Source of the DNA: Gemmatimonadota bacterium
GTDB lineage: Bacteria; Gemmatimonadota; Gemmatimonadetes; JACCXV01; JAHWKZ01
Assembly (NCBI GenBank): GCA_035711625.1
Contig: DASTCA010000022.1
Coordinates: 21,039-85,038 of the forward strand
Length of the DNA stretch: 64,000 nucleotides
Reading direction: 5' to 3'
The notes beneath the pieces are model-generated. The model saw only the letters and a list, made by a program, of their open reading frames with translations. It did not search any database and was not told the DNA's origin. The position numbers and the translations under genes are program-made. Positions within the stretch are counted from its first letter, which is position 1. Every line of letters starts with the position of its first letter. Below are positions 16,958 to 25,162 of the stretch, in pieces.

Positions 16958-17436
16958 CTACGATCCGCCCCGCCGGACCCGAGGACGTTCCCGCCATCCG
17001 GGCCATCTACGCGCCCCTGGTCACCGGATCCCACGTTTCGTTCGAGATCGTCCCGCCCTCGATCGAGGAGATGCGGGAGCGGATGGAGACGGCCCCGGTA
17101 CCGTGGCTCGTCGCCGACGAGGGCAGAGTCGTCGGCTTCGCGAGCGCGGGGCCCTTCCGCTCGCGCCCGGCGTACGGCCGGACGGCCGAGGCGTCGATCT
17201 ACGTGGCGGAGGAGGCTCGCCGGAAAGGCGTGGGTCGGGCCTTGGGGGAAGCCATCCTCGAAGAGCTCCGGAACGCCGGTTACCACAGCGCGATCGGGGT
17301 CGTCGCGCTCCCGAATCCGGACAGCGAGCGCCTGCTCGGGAAGCTCGGCTTCCGCTCCGTGGGAACGATCCGGGAGGCGGGGTTCAAGCTCGGTCGCTGG
17401 TGGGACGTCCAGCTCTGGCAACGCGTCCTGGAGTGA
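16954..17436 (+). CDS. GNAT acetyltransferase, phosphinothricin-acetyltransferase-like; start codon unresolved
   Basis: Clear PAT-like GNAT (LATIRPAGPEDVPAIRAIY ... RRKGVGRALGEAILEEL). No ATG, GTG or TTG in frame between 16870 and 17058. Coordinates start at the first conserved residue overlapping the upstream stop, so the true start is uncertain. Confidence 0.5.
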   Translation, partial: LATIRPAGPEDVPAIRAIYAPLVTGSHVSFEIVPPSIEEMRERMETAPVPWLVADEGRVVGFASAGPFRSRPAYGRTAEASIYVAEEARRKGVGRALGEAILEELRNAGYHSAIGVVALPNPDSERLLGKLGFRSVGTIREAGFKLGRWWDVQLWQRVLE

Positions 17437-17446
17437 CGCGAGAGGC

Positions 17447-18793
17447 TCAGGCCATTGCGAGCCGGAGTGCGAGCCCGCAGAGGGCTGCCACGGCCACGGT
17501 GGCGAGGATCCCCCATCGCCGGCGGAACAGGAGAAACGCCGCTCCGGCGGCGATCGCGACCGCGTAGGGATCCATCGTGGACCAGACCGGAACCTCGAGG
17601 TGGAGGCTCCAGCGGGACACCCATTCCGTGGCGCCGAAGAGGGTCCGGAGCGCGAACCAGACCGCGAGGTTCAGAATCACGCCCACGACTGCAGCGGTGA
17701 TTCCGGAGAGTGCCGCGGTGAGCCCCTTCCGGCCGCGCAAATGCTCGATGTACGGCGCGCCGACGAAGATCCACAGGAAGCACGGCGCGAACGTCACCCA
17801 CGTCGTCACGACGGACCCAACCACGCCCGCAACGATCGGATCCAGGGCGCCGGGACTCCGGTAGGCCCCCAGGAACCCGACGAACTGGACGACCATGATC
17901 AGGGGGCCGGGCGTCGTCTCGGCCAGCCCCAGGCCATCCAGCATCTCTCCCGGGGAGAGCCAGCCGAAGTCCTCGACCGCGCGCTGGGCGATGTAGGCGA
18001 GGACCGCATAGGCGCCGCCGAAGGTCAGAACGGCCGCCTTCGAGAAGAACAGCGCCTCTGAGACGAAGACGCTCCCCCCTCCAGCGACCAGCGCGAGCAG
18101 TCCCACCGGAGCCCACCAGATACCGAGCCAGAGGAGCGCGGTCGCGATCGTGCGGGAGGCCGGCGGAGGCGGGACCGCTTCCCGCTGTGGAGGATCTCCC
18201 GCGCCCGGCAGGGAGCGCGAGATCAGAGACTCGACCCCGGCCCGTGCTCCGAGCCATCCGACGAGCGCAGCGGCTCCGACGATCGCCGGGAATGGGACGT
18301 CGAAGGCGAACATCGCGAGGAATGCGAGGGCGGCGACAGCCACGAGGAGGGTCGAATCGAGAGCGCGGCGGCCAATCCGGACCAGCGCGTGAACGACGAT
18401 CGCCAGGACGGCGGGCTTGATTCCGTAGAAGATCGCGTCCACGACCGGAACGTCCCCCCACGCGACGTAGAGGATCGAGAGAGCCAGGATCGAAAGGAAC
18501 CCGGGCAGGATGAACAGCCCTCCCGCCACCAGGCCGCCGCGCCAGCGGTGCATGAGCCAGCCGACGTACGTCGCGAGCTGCTGCGCCTCGGGCCCGGGAA
18601 GGAGCATGCAGTAGTTCAGCGCGTGAAGGAAGTGGCGCTCCGAGATCCAGCGCCGCTCGTCGACGAGCAGCCGCTGCATGACCGCGATCTGTCCCGCGGG
18701 CCCGCCGAAAGAGAGCGCCGCGACCCGTAGCCAGACCGGGATCGCCTCCCGCAGGGAGGTCGCCTGACGCACGCGCTCCGGGGAGTCGGTCAT
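17447..18793 (-). CDS. chrA: chromate transporter ChrA (full-length, duplicated CHR domains)
   Basis: Bipartite CHR family signature (SFGGPAGQIAVMQ in the N-half, LTFGGAYAVLAY in the C-half). About 12 TM helices. Confidence 0.85.
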   Translation of the reverse strand: MTDSPERVRQATSLREAIPVWLRVAALSFGGPAGQIAVMQRLLVDERRWISERHFLHALNYCMLLPGPEAQQLATYVGWLMHRWRGGLVAGGLFILPGFLSILALSILYVAWGDVPVVDAIFYGIKPAVLAIVVHALVRIGRRALDSTLLVAVAALAFLAMFAFDVPFPAIVGAAALVGWLGARAGVESLISRSLPGAGDPPQREAVPPPPASRTIATALLWLGIWWAPVGLLALVAGGGSVFVSEALFFSKAAVLTFGGAYAVLAYIAQRAVEDFGWLSPGEMLDGLGLAETTPGPLIMVVQFVGFLGAYRSPGALDPIVAGVVGSVVTTWVTFAPCFLWIFVGAPYIEHLRGRKGLTAALSGITAAVVGVILNLAVWFALRTLFGATEWVSRWSLHLEVPVWSTMDPYAVAIAAGAAFLLFRRRWGILATVAVAALCGLALRLAMA

Positions 18794-18917
18794 CGGAGGG
18801 GGAGGAGGAGGGTCGGGAGTCGTGACGCGTCCGAAGGGCGCTGAAAAGGGGAGGCCATGCGCCAGTAGGATAGCGTATCATGAAGGCATCGAGGAACCCG
18901 AGGAGAGGGGGAAGATC

Positions 18918-19871
18918 ATGGAACCATCGCCCGCCGTGCACGGCATCCATCACGTCACCGCCATCGCAGGTCATCCGCAGGAGAACCTGGACTTCTACGC
19001 CGGGGTGCTCGGATTGCGGCTCGTCAAGCGGAGTGTGAATCAGGACGATCCCGGCACCTATCACCTGTTCTACGCCGACGCCGCCGGCACGCCCGGCACG
19101 GACGTCACATTCTTCCCGTGGATGCGGATGGCTCCCTCGCGCCCGGGTGCGGGGCTGGTCGGGGAGATCGCGCTCGCCGTTCCCTCCGAGCACCTCGGGT
19201 GGTGGAGCGAAAGGCTGCGGGAGCTGGGAGTCGAGACTCTCGACGAGGAGTCCCGCTTCGGCGAACCGGCGCTCCCGTTCCGCGACCCGCACGGCCTGCC
19301 GCTCGCGCTCGTCGGGATCGAGGGCGAGCGCGAGTTCGCCGCCTGGGAGGGGAGCCAGGTTCCGCCCGAGCGCCAGATCCGAGGAGTGCACGCGGTCCGG
19401 ATCCGGGTGCGGGCATCGGGTCCGACGGAGCGGTTGCTCGCGGACCAGCTCGGCTTCTCTCTCGCCGCCGAGGACCGCGGGTGGCGGCGTTGGGCGGCGG
19501 GCGAAGGATCGGGCGCGTTCGCGGACCTCTTCGAGGAGCCGGGCGCTCACGTCGGACGGTGGGGTACCGGCGCGGTGCATCACGTCGCCTGGCGGGTCCA
19601 CGACGACGCCGAGGAGCTCCTCGTCCGCGCGGCGGTCGAGGCCGCGGGACTGTCGCCGACGCCGGTCATCGACCGCTTCTGGTTCCGCTCCGTCTACTTC
19701 AAGGAGCCCGGCGGCACCCTGTTCGAGCTCGCCACCGACGGCCCCGGGTTCGATCGCGACGAGGACCCCGAGAGCCTCGGCGAGACGCTCGTCCTGCCGC
19801 CCTGGCTCGAGCCGCACCGCCGCGAGATCGAGGCGGTCTTGCCGCCGCTGGAGGTGCCCGCGGCCACGTGA
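18918..19871 (+). CDS. VOC/glyoxalase-family ring-cleaving dioxygenase-like protein (two tandem VOC modules)
   Basis: ATG at 18918 after GAGGAGAGGGGGA. Repeated HHVTAIAG / HHVAWRV metal-binding His-containing modules typical of MhqO/YfiE-like dioxygenases. Confidence 0.6.
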   Translation: MEPSPAVHGIHHVTAIAGHPQENLDFYAGVLGLRLVKRSVNQDDPGTYHLFYADAAGTPGTDVTFFPWMRMAPSRPGAGLVGEIALAVPSEHLGWWSERLRELGVETLDEESRFGEPALPFRDPHGLPLALVGIEGEREFAAWEGSQVPPERQIRGVHAVRIRVRASGPTERLLADQLGFSLAAEDRGWRRWAAGEGSGAFADLFEEPGAHVGRWGTGAVHHVAWRVHDDAEELLVRAAVEAAGLSPTPVIDRFWFRSVYFKEPGGTLFELATDGPGFDRDEDPESLGETLVLPPWLEPHRREIEAVLPPLEVPAAT

Positions 19872-20386
19872 CCGGGCGTGGGGCCTCGGCTTCCGGGCCC
19901 CCGGTCTGGACGCTGCGCGCGGCGGGGCGCGAGGACTTCGGCTGGGTCGTCGAGCGCCACCGGGACCTGTATCGGCGAGAGCACGATTGGGACGACCGGT
20001 TCGTCGCGCTCGTGGCCGGCGTCCTGGACGGCTTCGAACGCGCATGGGATCCCGCGCGTGAGCGAGGCTGGATCGCGGAGCTCCAGGGCCGTCCCGTAGG
20101 CTCGGTGTTCCTCGCCCGTCATCCTGAGCGCGACGGAGTGGCGAAGCTGAGACTCCTCCTGGTCGAGCCCGAGGCTCGCGGCCTGGGGATCGGCAGGCGG
20201 CTCGTGGCCGAGTGCACCACGTTCGCCCGCGAGGCCGGTTACCGCGCGATCACGCTCTGGACCAGCAGCGTGCTGGACTCCGCGCGACGACTCTATGAAG
20301 CCGAAGGGTACCGTCTGATCCGGGAGGAGCCGGAGGAGCTGTTCCACGAAGGCGAGCTGGGCCAGGAGTGGGAGCTCGTGCTGTGA
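19868..20386 (+). CDS. GNAT family N-acetyltransferase
   Basis: GTG overlaps the upstream stop (GTGA). Coenzyme-A pocket motif RGLGIGRRLV. Frame sits inside an otherwise junk 422-aa track ORF. Confidence 0.6.
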   Translation: MTGRGASASGPPVWTLRAAGREDFGWVVERHRDLYRREHDWDDRFVALVAGVLDGFERAWDPARERGWIAELQGRPVGSVFLARHPERDGVAKLRLLLVEPEARGLGIGRRLVAECTTFAREAGYRAITLWTSSVLDSARRLYEAEGYRLIREEPEELFHEGELGQEWELVL

Positions 20387-20390
20387 GCGG

Positions 20391-20807
20391 TCAGACTGTC
20401 GGAGCCGGCCGCGGGCGGTCCGGCAGGAGGAACACGCGCTTGGCGAGGGGGGAGTCGAGCGTCGTGCGCTCGTACAGCGCGTCGAGAGCGCGGCCCGAGA
20501 GGATGTCGGCGGAAGCGGCCTCGAACTCCTCCCAGGACGCGGCCGGGCCGAGCCGCTCCACCTGTTCCCGGATCAGGCTGAACCAGGCCCACGTCAGAGT
20601 CTCGTGGTAGAGGTCCGTCTTCCCCAGAGCGACCGCCAGCTCCCGGATGCCGCGCGCCAGCTCCGCGAGGCCCTCCGGTCCGGACCTTGTGCGCGCGTAG
20701 TGCCAGGCGATCATCACGTGCTCGCGGTGATTGAGCGATCCGCGCAGTGTTCTGCGCTCCTCGAACGCGTTGACGATGTCTGAGACGCTGAAGGAATCAG
20801 CGGGCAT
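20391..20807 (-). CDS. hypothetical protein (138 aa)
   Basis: ATG at 20807 (MPADSFSVSD). Non-repetitive, protein-like composition. No recognised domain. Only 15 bp from the divergent ICMT-like gene start. Confidence 0.45.
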   Translation of the reverse strand: MPADSFSVSDIVNAFEERRTLRGSLNHREHVMIAWHYARTRSGPEGLAELARGIRELAVALGKTDLYHETLTWAWFSLIREQVERLGPAASWEEFEAASADILSGRALDALYERTTLDSPLAKRVFLLPDRPRPAPTV

Positions 20808-20822
20808 GGAGGGAAGATAACG

Positions 20823-21341
20823 GTGAGCCGGGCGTCGACCCTCTGGACGGCCGCCCGTGCGCTCTTCTACGCGACCGCGTTCTCGGCTCTCTGGGGGTGG
20901 CTCGCCTACGAAGCGCATCTCAACGACGCTCGATTCGCGGTTCAGCTTCCCGGCTGGGTCGCGCCGATCGGGGTTGCGCTCATGCCGATCGGCGCGGCGA
21001 TCGTCGTCGCCTGTCTCGTGACGTTCGTCGTCCGCGGAAGAGGGACGCCGGCGCCGTTCGACGCGCCGCGCGAGTTCGTCGCGAGCGGCCCCTATCGTTG
21101 GGTGCGAAACCCCATGTATCTCGGCGCGTTCCTCGTTCTCGCCGGGTACGCGCTCTGCGCGGGCTCGTTCGCGGCGCTGCTGGTCGCGTTCGGACTGCTG
21201 GGGGTCACGCACCTGTTCGCGGTTCTTCACGAGGAGCCCGCGCTCGAGCGGCGGTTCGGAGACAGCTACCGCGACTACCGCTTGCGGACGCGGCGCTGGA
21301 TCCCCGGGCCGCCGCGGGAGGCCGGCACCGATCGCCGATGA
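20823..21341 (+). CDS. isoprenylcysteine carboxyl methyltransferase (ICMT/PEMT)-family membrane methyltransferase
   Basis: GTG at 20823. Four TM helices. Family signature GPYRWVRNPMYLGAFLVLAG and C-terminal EE...L.RRFG.Y..Y. Confidence 0.65.
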   Translation: MSRASTLWTAARALFYATAFSALWGWLAYEAHLNDARFAVQLPGWVAPIGVALMPIGAAIVVACLVTFVVRGRGTPAPFDAPREFVASGPYRWVRNPMYLGAFLVLAGYALCAGSFAALLVAFGLLGVTHLFAVLHEEPALERRFGDSYRDYRLRTRRWIPGPPREAGTDRR

Positions 21342-21775
21342 TGGAGCGCCCGCCCTTGTGGCGCTGTCCCGAGTGTGGGCGGTCGTTCGCGAACCCTAAC
21401 CAGTCCCACGCCTGCGGCCGTCACGATCTCGAGGCCCACTTCGCCCGCCGCCCTTCGGAGGTGCGGGCGCTCTTCGACGCGTTCCTGGCTGCGCTCGAGG
21501 AGATCGGCCCGGTCGAGGTCCTTCCCCAGAAGACCCGTATCGCATTCCACGTTAGGATGTCGTTCGCGCAAGTGACGCCGCGGAAGAACGGGCTGGAGGG
21601 CCATTTCGTGCTGGCGCGGAGAATCGAGGACCCGCGTTTCTTCGAGGTGACGACCTTCTCGCCGCGGAACCATCTGCATCGGTTCCGAATTCGCCGTCCG
21701 GAAGAGATCGATGCTGCGATGAAGGTATGGATGCGAGAGGCGTATGCGGTCGGGGAGCAGCGCCATCTGGATTGA
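21338..21775 (+). CDS. zinc-ribbon plus DUF5655-like domain protein
   Basis: ATG overlaps the upstream stop (ATGATG). N-terminal CPECG...HAC zinc-ribbon. C-terminal region (RIAFHVRMSFAQV...DPRFFEVTTFS) resembles the DUF5655/DUF4287 family. Assignment is by memory only. Confidence 0.4.
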   Translation: MMERPPLWRCPECGRSFANPNQSHACGRHDLEAHFARRPSEVRALFDAFLAALEEIGPVEVLPQKTRIAFHVRMSFAQVTPRKNGLEGHFVLARRIEDPRFFEVTTFSPRNHLHRFRIRRPEEIDAAMKVWMREAYAVGEQRHLD

Positions 21776-21799
21776 CCGCGGGAGCGCGGCGCGCACAGC

Positions 21800-22789
21800 A
21801 TGGACTTCGTGGGATCGAGCGGACCGCCTGTGATCGTACTCGGCGTTTGGCGGAGCGGGACAGCGCTCCTCAAGGAGATCCTCGACCACCATTCCCAGAT
21901 CGCCATCCCCGGGGAATCGTATTTCCTGCCCGCGCTCTGGGTGCGTTACCGCGCCAAGCCGGACATCGGAAGCCTTCTGGAAGACATCGACTGCGTTCCG
22001 CAGGTGCGCGAGTGGGGCGTGAGATCTCGCGATCTCCGGGCGTGCCTGCCCGATCGGCCCATGTTCCCCGACGTCGTCCGGGCCCTATACGAGCGGTACG
22101 CCCACAGTCGCGGCAAGCCGCGGTTCGGCGATAGGACGCCGCACTACATGCGGCATCTGGACCTGCTCGAGCACGCCTTCTCGCGTCCGCGGTATGTTCA
22201 CATCGTGCGGGACGGACGCGACGCCGCCCTCTCTTTCGCAGCGATGCGCGCAAATCCCCGACCCCCGTGGATCTGGCCGCGCGGGATTGCCGACTACGCG
22301 TGCCGCTGGCGCCACGAAGTCGAAGCCGCCCGCGAACTGGGAGCGAGTGTGGGGCCGCAACGATACTTTGAGCTGCGGTACGAGGACCTGATCGCGCGCC
22401 CCGAGGCGGTCGTGCGCGACGTTTGCGCCTTCCTGGACCTGATGTTCGAAGCCGCGATGCTGGACTATTACCGCGACCGTGACCTCGCGATCGATCCGAA
22501 CCATGCACGACTGGCCGAGCCCGTTTCCCCAGCCCTCAGGAACTGGCGCGAGCAGATGTCGCCTTCCGACGCGCGGCGCTTCGAGACGATCGCTGGACCA
22601 CTGCTCGGGGATCTCGGTTACGAGCGCACAACCCTTCCGTCGAAGAGGGACCGGGTCCGAAGCCTCTTCGATCGCGTGGTCTCCCGAGGCCGCATCGCCA
22701 CCGGTCTTCCCGTCCCGCTCTTTCGCCGCTCCTTCCTCTGGCCGATCAGGCAGAAGCGTCAGCTCCGCCGGGCGGGATACCATGTGTGA
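21800..22789 (+). CDS. sulfotransferase-family protein
   Basis: PAPS 5'-phosphosulfate-binding loop (VLGVWRSGTALL) and 3'-phosphate-binding region (HIVRDGRD). Confidence 0.6.
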   Translation: MDFVGSSGPPVIVLGVWRSGTALLKEILDHHSQIAIPGESYFLPALWVRYRAKPDIGSLLEDIDCVPQVREWGVRSRDLRACLPDRPMFPDVVRALYERYAHSRGKPRFGDRTPHYMRHLDLLEHAFSRPRYVHIVRDGRDAALSFAAMRANPRPPWIWPRGIADYACRWRHEVEAARELGASVGPQRYFELRYEDLIARPEAVVRDVCAFLDLMFEAAMLDYYRDRDLAIDPNHARLAEPVSPALRNWREQMSPSDARRFETIAGPLLGDLGYERTTLPSKRDRVRSLFDRVVSRGRIATGLPVPLFRRSFLWPIRQKRQLRRAGYHV

Positions 22790-22810
22790 GGAAGCACCGA
22801 GGAGAGAGCT

Positions 22811-23182
22811 TCAGCCCCGTTCGTACGACGGCTGGTAGAGCTCGATCGTGAAGTTCCCTGGCGCGCGGAAGGTCGTGCGGATCCCGTAGCCGACTTCCTC
22901 GGGCTGGTCGACGAACTCCACGCCCTTCGACTGCAGCTCGTCCATCGTCGTCGCGAGGTCGTCGCAGTAGAACGAGATGTGAGGTGTCCCGGAGGGCATC
23001 CTCCGGCCGTCCACTGAGGGGTCCGCCTCCAGCGGGTGGCAACCCATCTCCGCCTCGGGCAGGTCGAAGATCAGCCAACCTCCGCCCACGTCGGTGGCCG
23101 GGAATCCGACCACGTCGCGCAGGAACGCGCGTAGCGCCTCGGGTTCCGACGTATAGAACATCGTATGCACTCCACGAATCAT
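22811..23182 (-). CDS. VOC/glyoxalase-family protein (single module)
   Basis: ATG at 23182 preceded by AGGAGG. Overlaps the upstream gene stop by 4 nt (ATGA). Glyoxalase-like beta-alpha-beta-beta-beta pattern with H/E ligands (HTMFY ... ELYQP). Confidence 0.55.
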   Translation of the reverse strand: MIRGVHTMFYTSEPEALRAFLRDVVGFPATDVGGGWLIFDLPEAEMGCHPLEADPSVDGRRMPSGTPHISFYCDDLATTMDELQSKGVEFVDQPEEVGYGIRTTFRAPGNFTIELYQPSYERG

Positions 23183-24144
23183 GCGCCCTCCTCTACGGCC
23201 AGATCGCTGGCCGTGTCGGTTCCCGCCGCCAGCACCACCGCCGAGACGGCGAAGGCGAGGCCAAGAAGGAACAGGATCGGGTCGAAAACGCGGTCCAGCA
23301 CCGTGAACGGCCCGCTCAGAGCGATCGCGAACAGGACGATGGCGCCGAGCGCGTCGAGGCCGGCCATCGCCCACCGCTCGGCCGACCGGGTTTCCCCGCG
23401 CTCCATCTCCCACAGCAGGAGCGCGACCGTCGGCAGGAGCCAGAGGTCGATCCACGGGACGAACGTGTGGTAGGCCGGGTGCAGAAGGGTCGTGAGCCAC
23501 AGCCGGCCGTCGGAGTGCGCCAGATACGGGAACAGGACGGGCGCAAAGTGTAGCGCCAACAGCGCGTACAGGCAGAGGCCGAGACGGAGGCCGACCCCGA
23601 CCCGCGACGTCGGCCGAGGCGCGGGGAGCGGCGGCAGCTCGCGCGGGTCCCAGCGGACCGGGAAAGCCGAGGGTGCGCCCATCGCCCAGCGCTGAATGAC
23701 CGCGAACACGAGGACCACCATTCCGAAGTTCGCGATCGCGCCGAAGACGATCTCCATCCACGTGGTCGAGCCGGTGAACGCGAACCGGAACGGCAACAGG
23801 TACGTGACAGTGTAGAAGCCCCTCAGCCACAGCGCGGTGAACGCGAGGTGGACGAGGAGCACTCCGGCCGCGCACTTCCAGAAGAACGGCAGAATGCGCG
23901 GCCCGATGAGTACGGTCTGGTCGGGAGCCAGCCCATAGGCGAGCTCGGCGGGATCCCCCATCGCCGACAGTCGCTCCAGCGTGATCTTCTCGGCGGTTCG
24001 ATCGCTGCCGTCCAACCGCGCCTCGACCTCGGTCGTCAGGCGCGCCCGCAGGTCCTCCGCCACCTCCTCGCGCCGATCGCGCGGGAGCCGGCGCACGACG
24101 TCGTGCACGTAGCGCTCGATCCACTCTCTCCAGTCGACGATCAT
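23179..24144 (-). CDS. hypothetical membrane protein with N-terminal cytoplasmic helical domain (HAAS/DUF1700-like?)
   Basis: ATG at 24144 after GAGGGA. N-terminal LPRDRREEVAEDLRARLTTEVEARL resembles DUF1700-type sensors. Followed by about 6 TM helices. The track ORF extends a further 130 non-protein-like codons. Confidence 0.5.
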   Translation of the reverse strand: MIVDWREWIERYVHDVVRRLPRDRREEVAEDLRARLTTEVEARLDGSDRTAEKITLERLSAMGDPAELAYGLAPDQTVLIGPRILPFFWKCAAGVLLVHLAFTALWLRGFYTVTYLLPFRFAFTGSTTWMEIVFGAIANFGMVVLVFAVIQRWAMGAPSAFPVRWDPRELPPLPAPRPTSRVGVGLRLGLCLYALLALHFAPVLFPYLAHSDGRLWLTTLLHPAYHTFVPWIDLWLLPTVALLLWEMERGETRSAERWAMAGLDALGAIVLFAIALSGPFTVLDRVFDPILFLLGLAFAVSAVVLAAGTDTASDLAVEEGA

Positions 24145-24230
24145 CGCTCCCTCTGGCGTAGGCCGTCCCCGAAAACTACCTATGGGCCGGTCCCGGACAA
24201 CATCGCCCCCCATCCGCATGGAGCCGGTCC

Positions 24231-25160
24231 ATGATCCAGGTCGACGAGCTTCGCAAGGAGTATGACGGAGTCGTCGCCGTGGACGACGTCTCGTTCGAAG
24301 CCCGCCCGGGAGAGATCTTCGGCCTCCTGGGGCCGAACGGCGCGGGGAAATCGACCACGATCGGCTGCATCTCGGGACTCCTGACCCCAACTGCGGGGTC
24401 CGTCCGGATCCAGCAGTACGACGTGGCCCGCGAGCCGGTCGCGGCCAAGTCCCGGATGGGCATCGTGCCACAGGAGGTCGCGCTCTACGAGGATCTCCCG
24501 GCGGAGGAGAATCTGCGGTTCTGGGCCCAGGCATACGGCCTCCGGGGCGAGCGGGCCGCCGAGCGGGTCCGCGCCGTCCTCGACACCGTGGGACTGGCGG
24601 ACCGCGGCAACGACCGGGTCGAGACGTTCAGCGGAGGCATGAAGCGCCGGTTGAACTTCGGCTGCGGAATCGTCCACGAGCCCGAGGTGCTGCTGCTGGA
24701 CGAGCCGACGGTGGGGGTGGATCCGCAAAGCCGCGTGCGACTCCTCGACCTGGTGCGCGAGCAGGCGGGCGCCGGGGTCTGCGTCCTCTACACGACTCAC
24801 TACATGGAGGAAGCCGAGGCCCTGTGCGACCGACTCGCGATCCTCGACCACGGGAAGATCATCGCCGCCGGGACGCTCGAGGAGCTCCGCGGAAAGGAGG
24901 GTGAGCGCGATCTCGTCCGACTCTCGGGGAGCTTCGACCCCGAGGCGGTGGGTCGCGCGGTGAGCGACGTCGAGGGGGTCGAGATCGTCGCCGCCGGTCC
25001 GGAGCAGGTCGCGCTCGCGGTGGCCGCCGCATCGCGCCGGCTCCCTGAGATCCTGACGCTCGTGTCCGGGACGGGGGCGGCGGTTCGCGAGACGACGGTC
25101 ACGCGCCCGAGCCTCGAGAGCCTGTTCATTCGTCTGACCGGCAAGGAGCTCCGGGAGTAG
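24231..25160 (+). CDS. ABC transporter ATP-binding protein
   Basis: Walker A GPNGAGKST, signature LSGGMKRRL, Walker B LLLDEPT, H-loop. Confidence 0.85.
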   Translation: MIQVDELRKEYDGVVAVDDVSFEARPGEIFGLLGPNGAGKSTTIGCISGLLTPTAGSVRIQQYDVAREPVAAKSRMGIVPQEVALYEDLPAEENLRFWAQAYGLRGERAAERVRAVLDTVGLADRGNDRVETFSGGMKRRLNFGCGIVHEPEVLLLDEPTVGVDPQSRVRLLDLVREQAGAGVCVLYTTHYMEEAEALCDRLAILDHGKIIAAGTLEELRGKEGERDLVRLSGSFDPEAVGRAVSDVEGVEIVAAGPEQVALAVAAASRRLPEILTLVSGTGAAVRETTVTRPSLESLFIRLTGKELRE

Positions 25161-25162
25161 GC

